Assembly (NCBI GenBank): GCA_900545915.1
Contig: URAV01000003.1
Location: forward strand, 8,153 to 72,152
Length of the DNA stretch: 64,000 bases
Origin: an uncultured Porphyromonadaceae bacterium
GTDB taxonomy: Bacteria > Bacteroidota > Bacteroidia > Bacteroidales > Coprobacteraceae
Direction of reading: 5' to 3'
Shown piece after piece: positions 51,302 to 61,440 of the stretch (position 1 is its first letter; each line of letters opens with the position of its first letter). Under the pieces are notes generated by a model. It had not been told where the DNA came from, searched no databases, and was given only the letters and a program-made list of their open reading frames with translations. Made by a program: the position numbers and the translations under genes.

Positions 51302-52312
51302 ATGATTAGAGAAGTAAAATTTGAAAGTCAAGACCGTCGTATCAAACAGATTCTTGCTGCATTGAACGAAAACGGAATTAAAGATATCGAAGAAGCAAAT
51401 GCTATCTGCGAATCTTATGGTCTCGATCCTTATAAAACGTGTGAAGAAACTCAGCCGATTTGTTTTGAAAATGCGAAGTGGGCTTATGTTGTAGGTGCTG
51501 CTATTGCTCTGAAAAAAGGTTGTAAAAACGCGGCAGAGGCAGCAGAAGCCATTGGTATCGGGCTGCAGGCATTTTGTATTCCCGGTTCTGTTGCCGATGA
51601 CCGTAAAGTCGGTATCGGACATGGTAATTTGGCTGCAATGTTATTGCGAGAAGAAACTAAATGTTTCGCATTTTTGGCCGGCCACGAATCGTTTGCTGCC
51701 GCTGAAGGAGCTATCAAGATTGCTGCAAAAGCCGATAAAGTACGTAAAGAACCTTTGCGTTGTATTTTGAATGGGCTTGGTAAAGATGCTGCACAAATTA
51801 TCTCTCGCATCAACGGATTTACTTATGTTCAGACTCAATTCGATTACTATACCGGAGAGTTGAAGGTGGTTAAAGAGATTGCATATTCCGATGGTCCTCG
51901 TGCCAAAGTAAAATGCTATGGTGCTGACGATGTTCGTGAAGGTGTGGCTATTATGTGGAAAGAAGGCGTAGATGTTTCTATCACAGGTAACTCTACCAAC
52001 CCAACCCGTTTCCAACATCCGGTTGCCGGAACATATAAAAAAGAACGTGTATTGGCAGGTAAGCCTTATTTCTCTGTTGCTTCAGGTGGTGGTACGGGGC
52101 GTACCTTGCATCCTGATAATATGGCTGCCGGTCCTGCATCTTACGGTATGACCGACACGATGGGCCGTATGCACTCAGACGCTCAGTTCGCCGGTTCTTC
52201 TTCAGTTCCCGCTCACGTGGAAATGATGGGCTTCCTCGGTATCGGTAACAACCCGATGGTAGGATGTACAGTGGCTTGTGCGGTTGACGTGGCTCAGGCT
52301 TTGAGCAAGTAA
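51302..52312 (+). CDS. GGGtGRT-family protein (uncharacterised conserved)
   Basis: Contains the eponymous SVASGGGTGRTLHPD motif; 18 bp after the NifU-like gene. Confidence 0.6.
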   Translation: MIREVKFESQDRRIKQILAALNENGIKDIEEANAICESYGLDPYKTCEETQPICFENAKWAYVVGAAIALKKGCKNAAEAAEAIGIGLQAFCIPGSVADDRKVGIGHGNLAAMLLREETKCFAFLAGHESFAAAEGAIKIAAKADKVRKEPLRCILNGLGKDAAQIISRINGFTYVQTQFDYYTGELKVVKEIAYSDGPRAKVKCYGADDVREGVAIMWKEGVDVSITGNSTNPTRFQHPVAGTYKKERVLAGKPYFSVASGGGTGRTLHPDNMAAGPASYGMTDTMGRMHSDAQFAGSSSVPAHVEMMGFLGIGNNPMVGCTVACAVDVAQALSK

Positions 52313-52337
52313 TATAATACATTACTAATATATAAAT

Positions 52338-52371
52338 CCCTGTAACTGTAATGGTTACGGGGATTTTTTTT
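52338..52371 (+). terminator. rho-independent terminator (CCCTGTAAC ... GTTACGGGG + T9)
   Basis: Read directly 26 bp after the GGGtGRT stop. Confidence 0.65.
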
Positions 52372-52892
52372 GCTTTATTGTAAATAAAAATAATAGTGTT
52401 ATTTTTTCGAACTCGAAATCTCGGGTTAATGTAGTCTTTCAATTAAAATAATAAAAGAATAAAAACATAATTCTGCATAAATGGTGTATATTTTATCATT
52501 TTTCTTGATAAAATAGCTGCTGTATAGCATATATTACACAAAAAAATATGTTTTTGATAAGAAAAGAAATAAATTTATTATATTTGTAGCCGTTAGGCTT
52601 GAATGTTTATGCCGGGTTAGCGTATTTTTATGCTAATATTTTATTATATATAAGGTGAATCGTCCAATTAATTGAACGTTTCTTTGGATTGTGGAAGAAA
52701 GATATTGTGTTGGTGAGGAAAAGTGGATATTGTCCTGAAAAGTAATTTCTTAAGTGCTAATGGAAAAAATGTCTTTAATAAAAAAAATCGTCCAGATTAA
52801 TGTTCGTTAATATAGACATCTGTAGATTATAAGGTTTTAATAGGATTCTGATAGTGTTAATTTTATTCTTAAATAACTAAAACTTAAGGCTT

Positions 52893-55256
52893 ATGAAAAG
52901 ATGTTTACTCTTATCTGCTCTATTGTGTGTTTTTTCTATTGCACATATGTATGCAGAAACTACTACGCCTTCTATTACATTGACTACGACTAAGACTGAT
53001 GTGATAGAAATGAAATTTGGTTGTAGAACAGCTCATACGATTCATATTGATTGGGGAGATGGAAAACTTGTCGAAACGGTAGAAATTGCCGATTCAGCGA
53101 CCGTTTATCCGACAGCTTCTTCTGCAGCAATTCATCCTACTGTTGTTACTGGAACTCCTGTAAATGGTGGAAAAATAAAGATTTATGCAGATGATATTAA
53201 GTTTTTTGTTATTGATACAGATCAACAGATTACTGAATTGGATGTAACGGGGGCAACAAATTTGGGATATATTAAAGTTAATGATAACAGTTTTACGACA
53301 ATTGATTTATCGAAAAATAATCAGTTAGAATATGTGAATCTTGACGATAATAAACTTGAAACCCTTACTTTGGGAGATGCTCCTAATTTGACGCAACTTT
53401 TGGCAAGCGGTATGTCGATAGCCAAGATCAAGCTGACCGGATGTCCCAGTCTTACCAATGTAAATCTTGCAGATAATAAAATTACTACGATCGATGTAAG
53501 CGCTAATACTAAAATGACGTCATTAGCGTTAACGAATAATCTTTTGACTGATATCGACTGTTCAATGTGTGAAAGTTTAAAATTCCTTCGGTTGTCAGGG
53601 AATAGATTCGCTGCTGCAAATTCGGTAATTTTCCCGACATCGAGTGCCAATTTAACACAAGTTCTGTTGAAAGATAATTATTTTAAATTATCTACTTTGC
53701 CTGTTACGAAAGCTAAATCTTATACTTATTATCCGCAAAATCCGTATCCATCGCCTAAAGAAATAGCATTAGGGGGAACAGTAGATCTTTCATCCGAATT
53801 GACATTACAGGGATTATCCGATAAAGAAGAAACAACTACTTATAGGTGGATAAAGAAGGAAGACAATACGGTTTTAACATCCGGAACGGATTATACTGAA
53901 GTCAGTGCGGGTGTCTTTAAGTTTGATAAAGAGTTATCGGATACGATTTATTGTGTAATGTCAACTAATGCATTCCCTAAATTTACAGGTACTGCAAATT
54001 CTTACAAGACAGATCTTTCGGTAGTTGCTACAGAAGCTGCAATTACATTAAATACTACAAAAGTCGAAGAAGTGGAATTACAGCTTGGTTGTGCTACCGG
54101 GCATAAAGTGTTCATTGATTGGGGAGATGGGATTCCGGTAGAAACTGTAGAAATAAATGACTCTCTTGCGGTTTTCGGACAAAATACCATGAAACCGACT
54201 GAGTTAACGGGCACTTCGAAAGGAACGATAAAGATATATGCCAATGATGCCCTGTTTTTCGGTGCAGATGGGCAAGAGGTTACTTCTGTAGATGTGGCGA
54301 AAGCCGTTCAATTGGGAGTTCTTAAAGTTCCGACTAATAAATTGAAAGAATTGGATGTTACGAACAATGAAGAATTATATTATATCTATGCAGAAGAGAA
54401 TGAATTATCTGTTTTAGATGTAACTCACTGCCCGAAATTATTTTGGTTGTCTGCAAATGGGAATAGCCTCGAAAGTATAGATTTGACCGCTTGTCCGGAT
54501 CTATATAATTTGAATTTAAGCGAAAACCTGTTGTCAAGTATCGATCTTTCGGTATGTAATGATTTAGGGCCATGTCGATTAAGTAGCAATAATTTGGAGG
54601 AAATAATTATGCCGAGTGAAGGGGTTGCTCCTACAACGACATTGGATGTGAAAAATAATAAACTGACAATTTCTACTCTTCCTGAGAAAACTTTAGGAAT
54701 GTCTTCAGCAAGTCGTCTTACTTATGCACCTCAAGCACCTTATGTGTTGCCGAAAGATATTACTGCCGGAACGGTTGTCGATCTTTCTTCCGAATTGAAG
54801 GCTTTCGGGGTGTCGGATAAAGAAGAGACTACGACATATACGTGGCGTTTGAAGACAGCCGGAACAGCATTGCAAAAAGATGTGGATTATACAGAAAAAG
54901 ACGGTGTGTTCACATTTACCGGAACTGAACTTGCTGATAGTGTGTATTGCGTTATGGCAACGGCGGCTTATCCTAAATTTACGGGTACTGCAAATATGTT
55001 TAAAACAACAAATGTTCACATTACTGTTCCTGCAGGAGTAGACGAAAATACAGTAAGCGGTAGAATCATAACTACCGGAAACGGCTTGATTAAAGTGTTG
55101 AATGCCGAAAATAATGATATGATCGAGGTATTCTCTTTGAATGGAGCTTTGGTAACAATGCGTAAGGCGTCCGAAAATGTAGAAACTATAAAAGTCATAC
55201 CGGGTTCATATATTGTTAAAATCGGTAATAAACGGTGTTCGGTAATAGTTCCGTAA
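52893..55256 (+). CDS. leucine-rich-repeat surface protein with two tandem about 380-aa modules and a T9SS C-terminal sorting domain
   Basis: Signal peptide. LRR units (LxxLDVTxNxL...). Module 1 (HIDWGDGKLVETVEIADS...YKTDLSVVATEAAI) repeated as module 2 (FIDWGDGIPVETVEINDS...FKTTNVHITVPAGV). C-terminal about 70 aa beta-sandwich CTD. Confidence 0.65.
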   Translation: MKRCLLLSALLCVFSIAHMYAETTTPSITLTTTKTDVIEMKFGCRTAHTIHIDWGDGKLVETVEIADSATVYPTASSAAIHPTVVTGTPVNGGKIKIYADDIKFFVIDTDQQITELDVTGATNLGYIKVNDNSFTTIDLSKNNQLEYVNLDDNKLETLTLGDAPNLTQLLASGMSIAKIKLTGCPSLTNVNLADNKITTIDVSANTKMTSLALTNNLLTDIDCSMCESLKFLRLSGNRFAAANSVIFPTSSANLTQVLLKDNYFKLSTLPVTKAKSYTYYPQNPYPSPKEIALGGTVDLSSELTLQGLSDKEETTTYRWIKKEDNTVLTSGTDYTEVSAGVFKFDKELSDTIYCVMSTNAFPKFTGTANSYKTDLSVVATEAAITLNTTKVEEVELQLGCATGHKVFIDWGDGIPVETVEINDSLAVFGQNTMKPTELTGTSKGTIKIYANDALFFGADGQEVTSVDVAKAVQLGVLKVPTNKLKELDVTNNEELYYIYAEENELSVLDVTHCPKLFWLSANGNSLESIDLTACPDLYNLNLSENLLSSIDLSVCNDLGPCRLSSNNLEEIIMPSEGVAPTTTLDVKNNKLTISTLPEKTLGMSSASRLTYAPQAPYVLPKDITAGTVVDLSSELKAFGVSDKEETTTYTWRLKTAGTALQKDVDYTEKDGVFTFTGTELADSVYCVMATAAYPKFTGTANMFKTTNVHITVPAGVDENTVSGRIITTGNGLIKVLNAENNDMIEVFSLNGALVTMRKASENVETIKVIPGSYIVKIGNKRCSVIVP

Positions 55257-55283
55257 AGTTGAAAAATATATATGAAAAAACAG

Positions 55284-55321
55284 GGAGATCCCCGCTGAAT
55301 TACGGGGAATCTCCTTTGTTT
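55284..55321 (+). terminator. rho-independent terminator (GGAGATCCCCG ... CGGGGAATCTCC + TTTGTTT)
   Basis: Read directly 28 bp after the LRR gene. Confidence 0.65.
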
Positions 55322-55431
55322 GGATATTAGAAATTGGAAATAGAGGAAAGGCGTGTTCTGTATTTTAGCTGTTTAACTTAACTATGAAAATCATAGAACA
55401 TGTTTAGGATTAATAATTAAATTATAGGTAA

Positions 55432-58113
55432 GTGCAAATGAGAAAAGTTGGATTAATATTGCTGTCGGCAGTATTATTGTTCGGATCTCCCGATGTTTAT
55501 GCCAAAAGGGGGAAATCCAAAAAGTCTAAAAAAACGGAAGTCTCGAAAGATTCTTCAGTGAAAAAAGAGAGTAGCAAGTACAAACGGACTTTTAAGACGA
55601 AAGCTTGTGAAACGGCGAAAGGAGACTTCCTTACATTACATTGGACTAAAGGGAAAATCTATTTTGAAATGCCGGTAAAATATCTGGGTCGGGAAGTTTT
55701 GATTGCTTCTACTATCTCAGGTGCGAGTGATACAGATCTCGGGATGATCGGGTACAAACCTAAACCGCCGATGTATGTGAAATTTGTCAAGATGGACAGT
55801 CTTATCTGTATGTCGAAAGTAAATGTCGCTCCTCGATATGATGAGAGTGATGCAGCTATGAAGAAAGCGATAGACATCAGTACTTTAGACCCTATTTTAA
55901 ATACAATGCCTGTTTTTTGTTATAATCCGGATAGTTCTGCTGTCGTATTCGATATGACTACTCTTTTTACCGGATCGAACGATCAGTTATCTCCTATGTC
56001 GAATGGTGGCGGTGTAGTAAGTGTCTCGGGTACTTTCAATTCTAAAGCATCGGCTGTGACGGGAATAAAGGCATTCGAAGACAATGCTTCTATAAAATCG
56101 TATATGTCTTATTCGGTTTCAACAAAATTGATGGGCATGTACACATTATCACAGAATGTTCCGGTGACATTTCAGGTAACACGTACGATTCTTCTTTTAC
56201 CGGAGCAAAAAATGCGTCCTCGTGTTTCAGATTCACGAATAGGTATTTTTAATACAAACCGTTTGAATTTCGATAAAAATGAAGATTTTATCAAAACCTA
56301 TTCGATGATTCACCGTTGGAATTTGCAACCTAAAGATACGGCAGCTTATTTACGTGGTGAATTGGTAGAGCCGGTGAAACCGATTGTTTTTTATTTAGAT
56401 GACGCTTTTCCTGCAGCTTGGGCTAAAGGTGCGCGTATGGGTATTCTTCGCTGGAATAAAGCATTCGAAAAAATCGGTTTTAAGAATGTGATTCAGATTC
56501 TCGATTTTCCGAAAGATGATCCTAATTTTGACCCGGACAATTTAAAATATTCTTGTATTCGTTATGTTCCGGCACGAGTTATGAATGCTATGGGACCATC
56601 ATGGGTAGATCCTTCTACCGGAGAAATTATCAATGCATCGGTATTGGTTTATCATGATGTGGTTAAGTTGTTAAACCAATGGCGTTTTGTACAAACTGCA
56701 CAAGTAGATGAAAGAGCACGAAATAAGAAAATGGATGAGGATATGATTACCGAATCTATTGCCTATATTTTAGCTCATGAAGTCGGTCATTGTCTCGGAT
56801 TTATGCACAATATGGCAGCATCTGCTGCTTTCCCGGTCGATTCTTTACGTTCGGCAAGCTTTACGCAGAAGTATGGAACTACTCCTTCTATTATGGATTA
56901 TGCCCGTTTCAATTATGTTGCGCAACCGGGAGATAAGGGAGTTAAACTGACTCCTCCCGATTTGGGTGTATATGACTATTATTTAGTAGAATATGCTTAT
57001 AAACCGATATTTGAGGCAAAAGATGAGATGGAAGAGATTCCGTATCTCGAAGCTATGATCGATGCAAAAGCCGGAGATCCGCTTTATCGTTACGGAAGAC
57101 AACAAGTTTCAGGCCGTTACGATCCGAGTGCTGTGGAAGAAGATCTTGGCGATGATGCGATCAAGGCATCCGATTATGGTGTAAAGAATCTGAAATATAT
57201 TCTTGCTCACATGAACGAATGGATAACAGATGAAATGGATCCGGATGGTTCGTACAGAGAAATGACTTATGAGAACTTGGCTAAACAATATGATCGCTAT
57301 TTCCGCCATGTTATGTTGAATATCGGGGGGATTTATTTAACAGATCTGAAAGCTGGTACTCCGGGCGAAAGAGTTCGGGCAGTAGAAAAATCGAAACAAA
57401 AAGCTGCTCTTAAATGGGTGATAAACGAGTTGAAAAATTGCGACTGGTTAGACAATGAAGAGGTGACAAAGAATTTCGGATTAAGAGTCGGATTAGCTCC
57501 GATTATGAGATATTATACCGGACTTGAATTATTTAATTCATACAGCAATGTTATTTTCTCGTCTCATATTGCCGGTAAAGAGGGATATTCTCCCAAAGAA
57601 TATTTTGATGATCTTTATTCTTTAGTTTGGGAAAGTGCCATAAAGAAGAATCATGTACCCGAATCGGATCGTATGTTGCAACGTCTTTTCTTAGAAAGAG
57701 CTGTATATGTAGCCGGTAAAACAACCAAGCCTTTACAAAAAATGGGATTGACCGACGAAAATAGCGTTGCTGCCGCTTATGCTCCTTCTGTTGATGAAAT
57801 TATTTCTATGGGACTGGATGAAAGCGGAGTTGTAGAACGCTATAAAGATGTCCTGCGTGAATTGGAAATGAAGGAAGGTTCAGGTGTTGTCGCACGCAAA
57901 ATGGCTCAAGATGAGATCGGTTACGGTTACGGTTGGCAATATAGAGTAAATTTGAGAAGTATAGATAATTCGAAAGATCTGTTATTCGGTCAACTTTTAC
58001 GTGTTCAATCTTTATTGAAGTCACGAATGGGTGCTGTCGATACCGATACAAAAGCTCACTTTAAAGCTATGTTGTACTTGATCGATGAAGCTTTGGATGC
58101 AAGATCTAAATAA
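55432..58113 (+). CDS. zinc-dependent metalloprotease (Bacteroidetes DUF5117/DUF4953-type, HExxH + Met-turn)
   Basis: Signal peptide, lysine-rich linker, HEVGHCLGFMHN zinc site and SIMDY Met-turn; 893 aa. Confidence 0.8.
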   Translation: MQMRKVGLILLSAVLLFGSPDVYAKRGKSKKSKKTEVSKDSSVKKESSKYKRTFKTKACETAKGDFLTLHWTKGKIYFEMPVKYLGREVLIASTISGASDTDLGMIGYKPKPPMYVKFVKMDSLICMSKVNVAPRYDESDAAMKKAIDISTLDPILNTMPVFCYNPDSSAVVFDMTTLFTGSNDQLSPMSNGGGVVSVSGTFNSKASAVTGIKAFEDNASIKSYMSYSVSTKLMGMYTLSQNVPVTFQVTRTILLLPEQKMRPRVSDSRIGIFNTNRLNFDKNEDFIKTYSMIHRWNLQPKDTAAYLRGELVEPVKPIVFYLDDAFPAAWAKGARMGILRWNKAFEKIGFKNVIQILDFPKDDPNFDPDNLKYSCIRYVPARVMNAMGPSWVDPSTGEIINASVLVYHDVVKLLNQWRFVQTAQVDERARNKKMDEDMITESIAYILAHEVGHCLGFMHNMAASAAFPVDSLRSASFTQKYGTTPSIMDYARFNYVAQPGDKGVKLTPPDLGVYDYYLVEYAYKPIFEAKDEMEEIPYLEAMIDAKAGDPLYRYGRQQVSGRYDPSAVEEDLGDDAIKASDYGVKNLKYILAHMNEWITDEMDPDGSYREMTYENLAKQYDRYFRHVMLNIGGIYLTDLKAGTPGERVRAVEKSKQKAALKWVINELKNCDWLDNEEVTKNFGLRVGLAPIMRYYTGLELFNSYSNVIFSSHIAGKEGYSPKEYFDDLYSLVWESAIKKNHVPESDRMLQRLFLERAVYVAGKTTKPLQKMGLTDENSVAAAYAPSVDEIISMGLDESGVVERYKDVLRELEMKEGSGVVARKMAQDEIGYGYGWQYRVNLRSIDNSKDLLFGQLLRVQSLLKSRMGAVDTDTKAHFKAMLYLIDEALDARSK

Positions 58114-58127
58114 ATAGGTTTTGAACG

Positions 58128-58162
58128 GTTCGGAAGAAAATTTTTATTTTTCTTCCGAACCT
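58128..58162 (+). terminator. rho-independent terminator (TTCGGAAGAAAA ... TTTCTTCCGAA)
   Basis: Read directly after the metalloprotease stop. Confidence 0.6.
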
Positions 58163-58314
58163 GACCTTTTCCTAAACTATGCAAGATTTATAAGATTGTA
58201 GGTTATATAGTTCCGGATACTGAAACCTGAACCGATTCCGGATTCTAATTTTATGTAAAATAGTCGAATATGTTTTCTCCGAACGGAGAAAGATTATAAA
58301 AACTCAGAAATTAT

Positions 58315-61300
58315 ATGTTATATTACACTTTTGTTCTGAGACGGTGGTTAAAGAGAGTTTTGCTGTTATCTGTTTTAGTAATGGTAACCGGCTTAATAAA
58401 TGCTCAAACCCCTCCTAAAAATGAAAATAAACAAACTTCAGATAAAAAAGAACAACCTAAGACCCAGCGTGTTACGGTTATCGGTACGGTACTTGACAGT
58501 AAAGAAGAACCGTTACCGGGGGTTGTCGTGAAAGTAAGAGGAACAACACAGGCGGTAGCTACGGATGTTGACGGGCGGTTTATCATACAGATTCCTAAAT
58601 CGGATAAAGATATCTTTCTCGATTTTTCGTTTGTAGGTATGTTGCCGCACTCTATCAAGGTTGTAAAGCCTGAACGAAAATTGATTGTTCACTTACAAGA
58701 AGATAATGTCGCTTTAAGTGAGGTTGTGGTAAATGGTTTTTTTGCGCAAGATAAGAAAACCTTTACGGGGACGGCTACGACATTGCAGCGTGATGATTTG
58801 TTGAAGGTTTCCAGTACGAACGTTTTGAAAGCGATTACGGCACTGACCCCTAATATGAAGATTGTAGAGAATAATGCAGCGGGATCAAATCCGAATGTAG
58901 TTCCTGAACTGATAATTCGTGGGGCTAATTCTTTGGCTATTAGTGGAGAGCAGGGAATTAATAATCCGTTGGTAATATTGGATGGAGTAGAGATTTCTAT
59001 GGAAGAGCTTTATGATATGGAAATCAATGAAATAGAATCTGTTACGATATTAGAAGATGCTTCGGCTACGGTACTTTACGGTGAACGGGCTGCCAACGGT
59101 GTAATTTTGGTAGAACGTGTCAGGGCAAAGGATAGTAAAGTGCGTTTACGTTATAGTTTTACTCCGACATTTGCCTATGCCGATCTTTCTTCGATGAACT
59201 TGACCAATGCCGAGCAGAAATTGGAACTGGAACGTCTTGCCGGCCTTTATGATACCGATGACGGTTCTTTGGATCAGGCATACGCATATAAATTGGAAAA
59301 TATTCGGAGAGGAATCAATACAGAGTGGTATAAAGCTCCGTTGCGGTTCGCCTTCAGCCATTCCCACTCTCTGACACTTACCGGTATGGGGCAAAACTTA
59401 TCTTATTCGGCGGGGCTTAGCTTTAGAGATACTTATGGTATTATGAAAGGAGACTATCGTCGTAATTATGGATTCAATATAAATTTCGGTTATCGGTTGA
59501 CTGATAAGTTGACTATCTCTTTTACCGGAAGTTATGGATTAGGCGGAAGTAAGAGTTCTCCTTATGGAGATTATTCCACATATAGTAAAATGAATCCGTA
59601 TGAACCGATTTATGATGAATACGGGGAATATATCAAAGAATATTATTTCGATCCTTTCGATCCTTCCGGATCAGAAAAAAAGATCGAAAATCCTTTGTAT
59701 AATGCGACTTTATCGAGTTTTAGTAAAAATCAGAACCGGAATATGAAAAACTCGGTAATGATACGTTGGGATATCGTACCCCAATTCTATGTTACCGGGC
59801 AAATCAATTATTCTTCAGATTACAGCCAGTCCGATGTATATGTTTCTCCGGATGACTCTCAATATCTGTCAACGGTAAATCAGGCTGAGAAAGGTTCTTA
59901 TACGATCTCCGGAACAAATAATTCGGCATGGGACGGAAAATTTACAGCCAGTTATAGAAAGCAGTTTAAGGATGTCGGATTTTCTGTTAATGCAGGTTGT
60001 TCAAGCATATCCTATAAATATACCAGCGACTTTTCTGCGCAAGGGATCGGATTTATGAAGGATAATTTGAATGATATCAAGTTTGCTATGGGATATACCA
60101 AGAATGGAAAGCCGAGTGGAGACGAGAATATCAGTACGAGTGTAGGGTTTTATGGGAATACGACGATTGTTGTTTTAAAACGCTACATTATAGATGGAAA
60201 TCTTTCTTATTCGGGAAATTCTTCGAATGGTGCGAATAAACGTTTCGGACCGTTCTGGTCGGTCGGTGCTCGCTGGAATATCCATGAAGAGAAATTTTTT
60301 AGAAAGAGTTGGTTGAATGATTTGAGCCTCCGTTGGAATATGGGATCTACGGGAAATGCCGGATTTAGTGCAAAACAGGCGGTAACCCGATATCAATATG
60401 ATCAGGATAATGATTATTATACAGGAGTTGGTGCTACTCCGATAAATATGGGAAATCCGTTATTGAAATGGCAAAAAACCTTGAAGAATACATTTGCGAT
60501 CAATACTCGTATGTTTCAAGATCGTCTCTCGTTTAATTTCAGTTTCTATTTAGATAAGACCTTTGATATGTTAGTCCCTATCGATTTACCTCCTTCTGTC
60601 GGGGTATCCAGTGTAAAAGTCAATATGGGAGAGCTGCTGAATAAAGGACTTAGTTTTAATTTGTCGGGAAGAATCCTGCAAACGAAAGATTGGTATCTGA
60701 GCTCATATATTAACGGGTCTCATAATTTTGATAAAATAACGAAGATCAGCGATGCCTTGGAAAAAACCAATCAAGGAGGAGATACCGGGACTAAACCTAA
60801 ACTTCTTTACAAAGAGGGCGGTTCTCAGTACGATATATATGCAGTGCGTTCTGCCGGTATCGATCCGGCTACAGGGCAGGAAATTTTTATTACCAAAGAC
60901 GGACATTATACTTTGAAGTATAATGAAGATGATAAAGTCGCAGTGGGAAATGAAAATCCTATATTAAAAGGAAGTTGGGGAATGACATTGGCATACAAAG
61001 GATTCGGATTGAATCTTACTTCGAGCTATACGTTTGGCGGAGATATTTACAATTCGACGATTGCCGATGCTGTTGAGAATATTGATCCTTATTTTAACGT
61101 TGACGTCCGAGCTTTTACCGATCGATGGAAACAACCGGGAGATCATACGCGTTTCCTCGGATTGGGTGAGAAGAAAGAAACCTATCGTTCTGAGAGGTTT
61201 GTAGAAAAGAAAAATGAATTTTATCTGTCGAACATAACTTTTACGTATGAGTTGCCTAAGTCGTTTCTGAAAAAAATCAAATTGGAGAGATTAGTTGTCG

Positions 61301-61407
61301 GAATTGCTTACGACGATGTATTCAGAATTTCGTCGGTAAAAATGGAAAGAGGTACTTCATATCCTTACCAACGAAGTCTGAATCTTATATTCCGACCGAC
61401 TTTCTGA
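58315..61407 (+). CDS. SusC/RagA-family TonB-linked outer membrane protein
   Basis: CarbopepD_reg-like N-domain (VIGTVLDSKEEPLPGVVVKVRGTTQAVATDVDGRF), plug, barrel, terminal F; 1030 aa. Confidence 0.9.
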   Translation: MLYYTFVLRRWLKRVLLLSVLVMVTGLINAQTPPKNENKQTSDKKEQPKTQRVTVIGTVLDSKEEPLPGVVVKVRGTTQAVATDVDGRFIIQIPKSDKDIFLDFSFVGMLPHSIKVVKPERKLIVHLQEDNVALSEVVVNGFFAQDKKTFTGTATTLQRDDLLKVSSTNVLKAITALTPNMKIVENNAAGSNPNVVPELIIRGANSLAISGEQGINNPLVILDGVEISMEELYDMEINEIESVTILEDASATVLYGERAANGVILVERVRAKDSKVRLRYSFTPTFAYADLSSMNLTNAEQKLELERLAGLYDTDDGSLDQAYAYKLENIRRGINTEWYKAPLRFAFSHSHSLTLTGMGQNLSYSAGLSFRDTYGIMKGDYRRNYGFNINFGYRLTDKLTISFTGSYGLGGSKSSPYGDYSTYSKMNPYEPIYDEYGEYIKEYYFDPFDPSGSEKKIENPLYNATLSSFSKNQNRNMKNSVMIRWDIVPQFYVTGQINYSSDYSQSDVYVSPDDSQYLSTVNQAEKGSYTISGTNNSAWDGKFTASYRKQFKDVGFSVNAGCSSISYKYTSDFSAQGIGFMKDNLNDIKFAMGYTKNGKPSGDENISTSVGFYGNTTIVVLKRYIIDGNLSYSGNSSNGANKRFGPFWSVGARWNIHEEKFFRKSWLNDLSLRWNMGSTGNAGFSAKQAVTRYQYDQDNDYYTGVGATPINMGNPLLKWQKTLKNTFAINTRMFQDRLSFNFSFYLDKTFDMLVPIDLPPSVGVSSVKVNMGELLNKGLSFNLSGRILQTKDWYLSSYINGSHNFDKITKISDALEKTNQGGDTGTKPKLLYKEGGSQYDIYAVRSAGIDPATGQEIFITKDGHYTLKYNEDDKVAVGNENPILKGSWGMTLAYKGFGLNLTSSYTFGGDIYNSTIADAVENIDPYFNVDVRAFTDRWKQPGDHTRFLGLGEKKETYRSERFVEKKNEFYLSNITFTYELPKSFLKKIKLERLVVGIAYDDVFRISSVKMERGTSYPYQRSLNLIFRPTF

Positions 61408-61440
61408 TAAACGTGTTGTCAATTTATTTTATCAAAGAAT

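Noticed and set aside
52600-52700. Second occurrence of a GAACGTTTC half-site resembling the invertible-promoter inverted repeat, upstream of the LRR T9SS gene
   Set aside because: No matching inverted partner within several hundred bp, so no second DNA switch is called.
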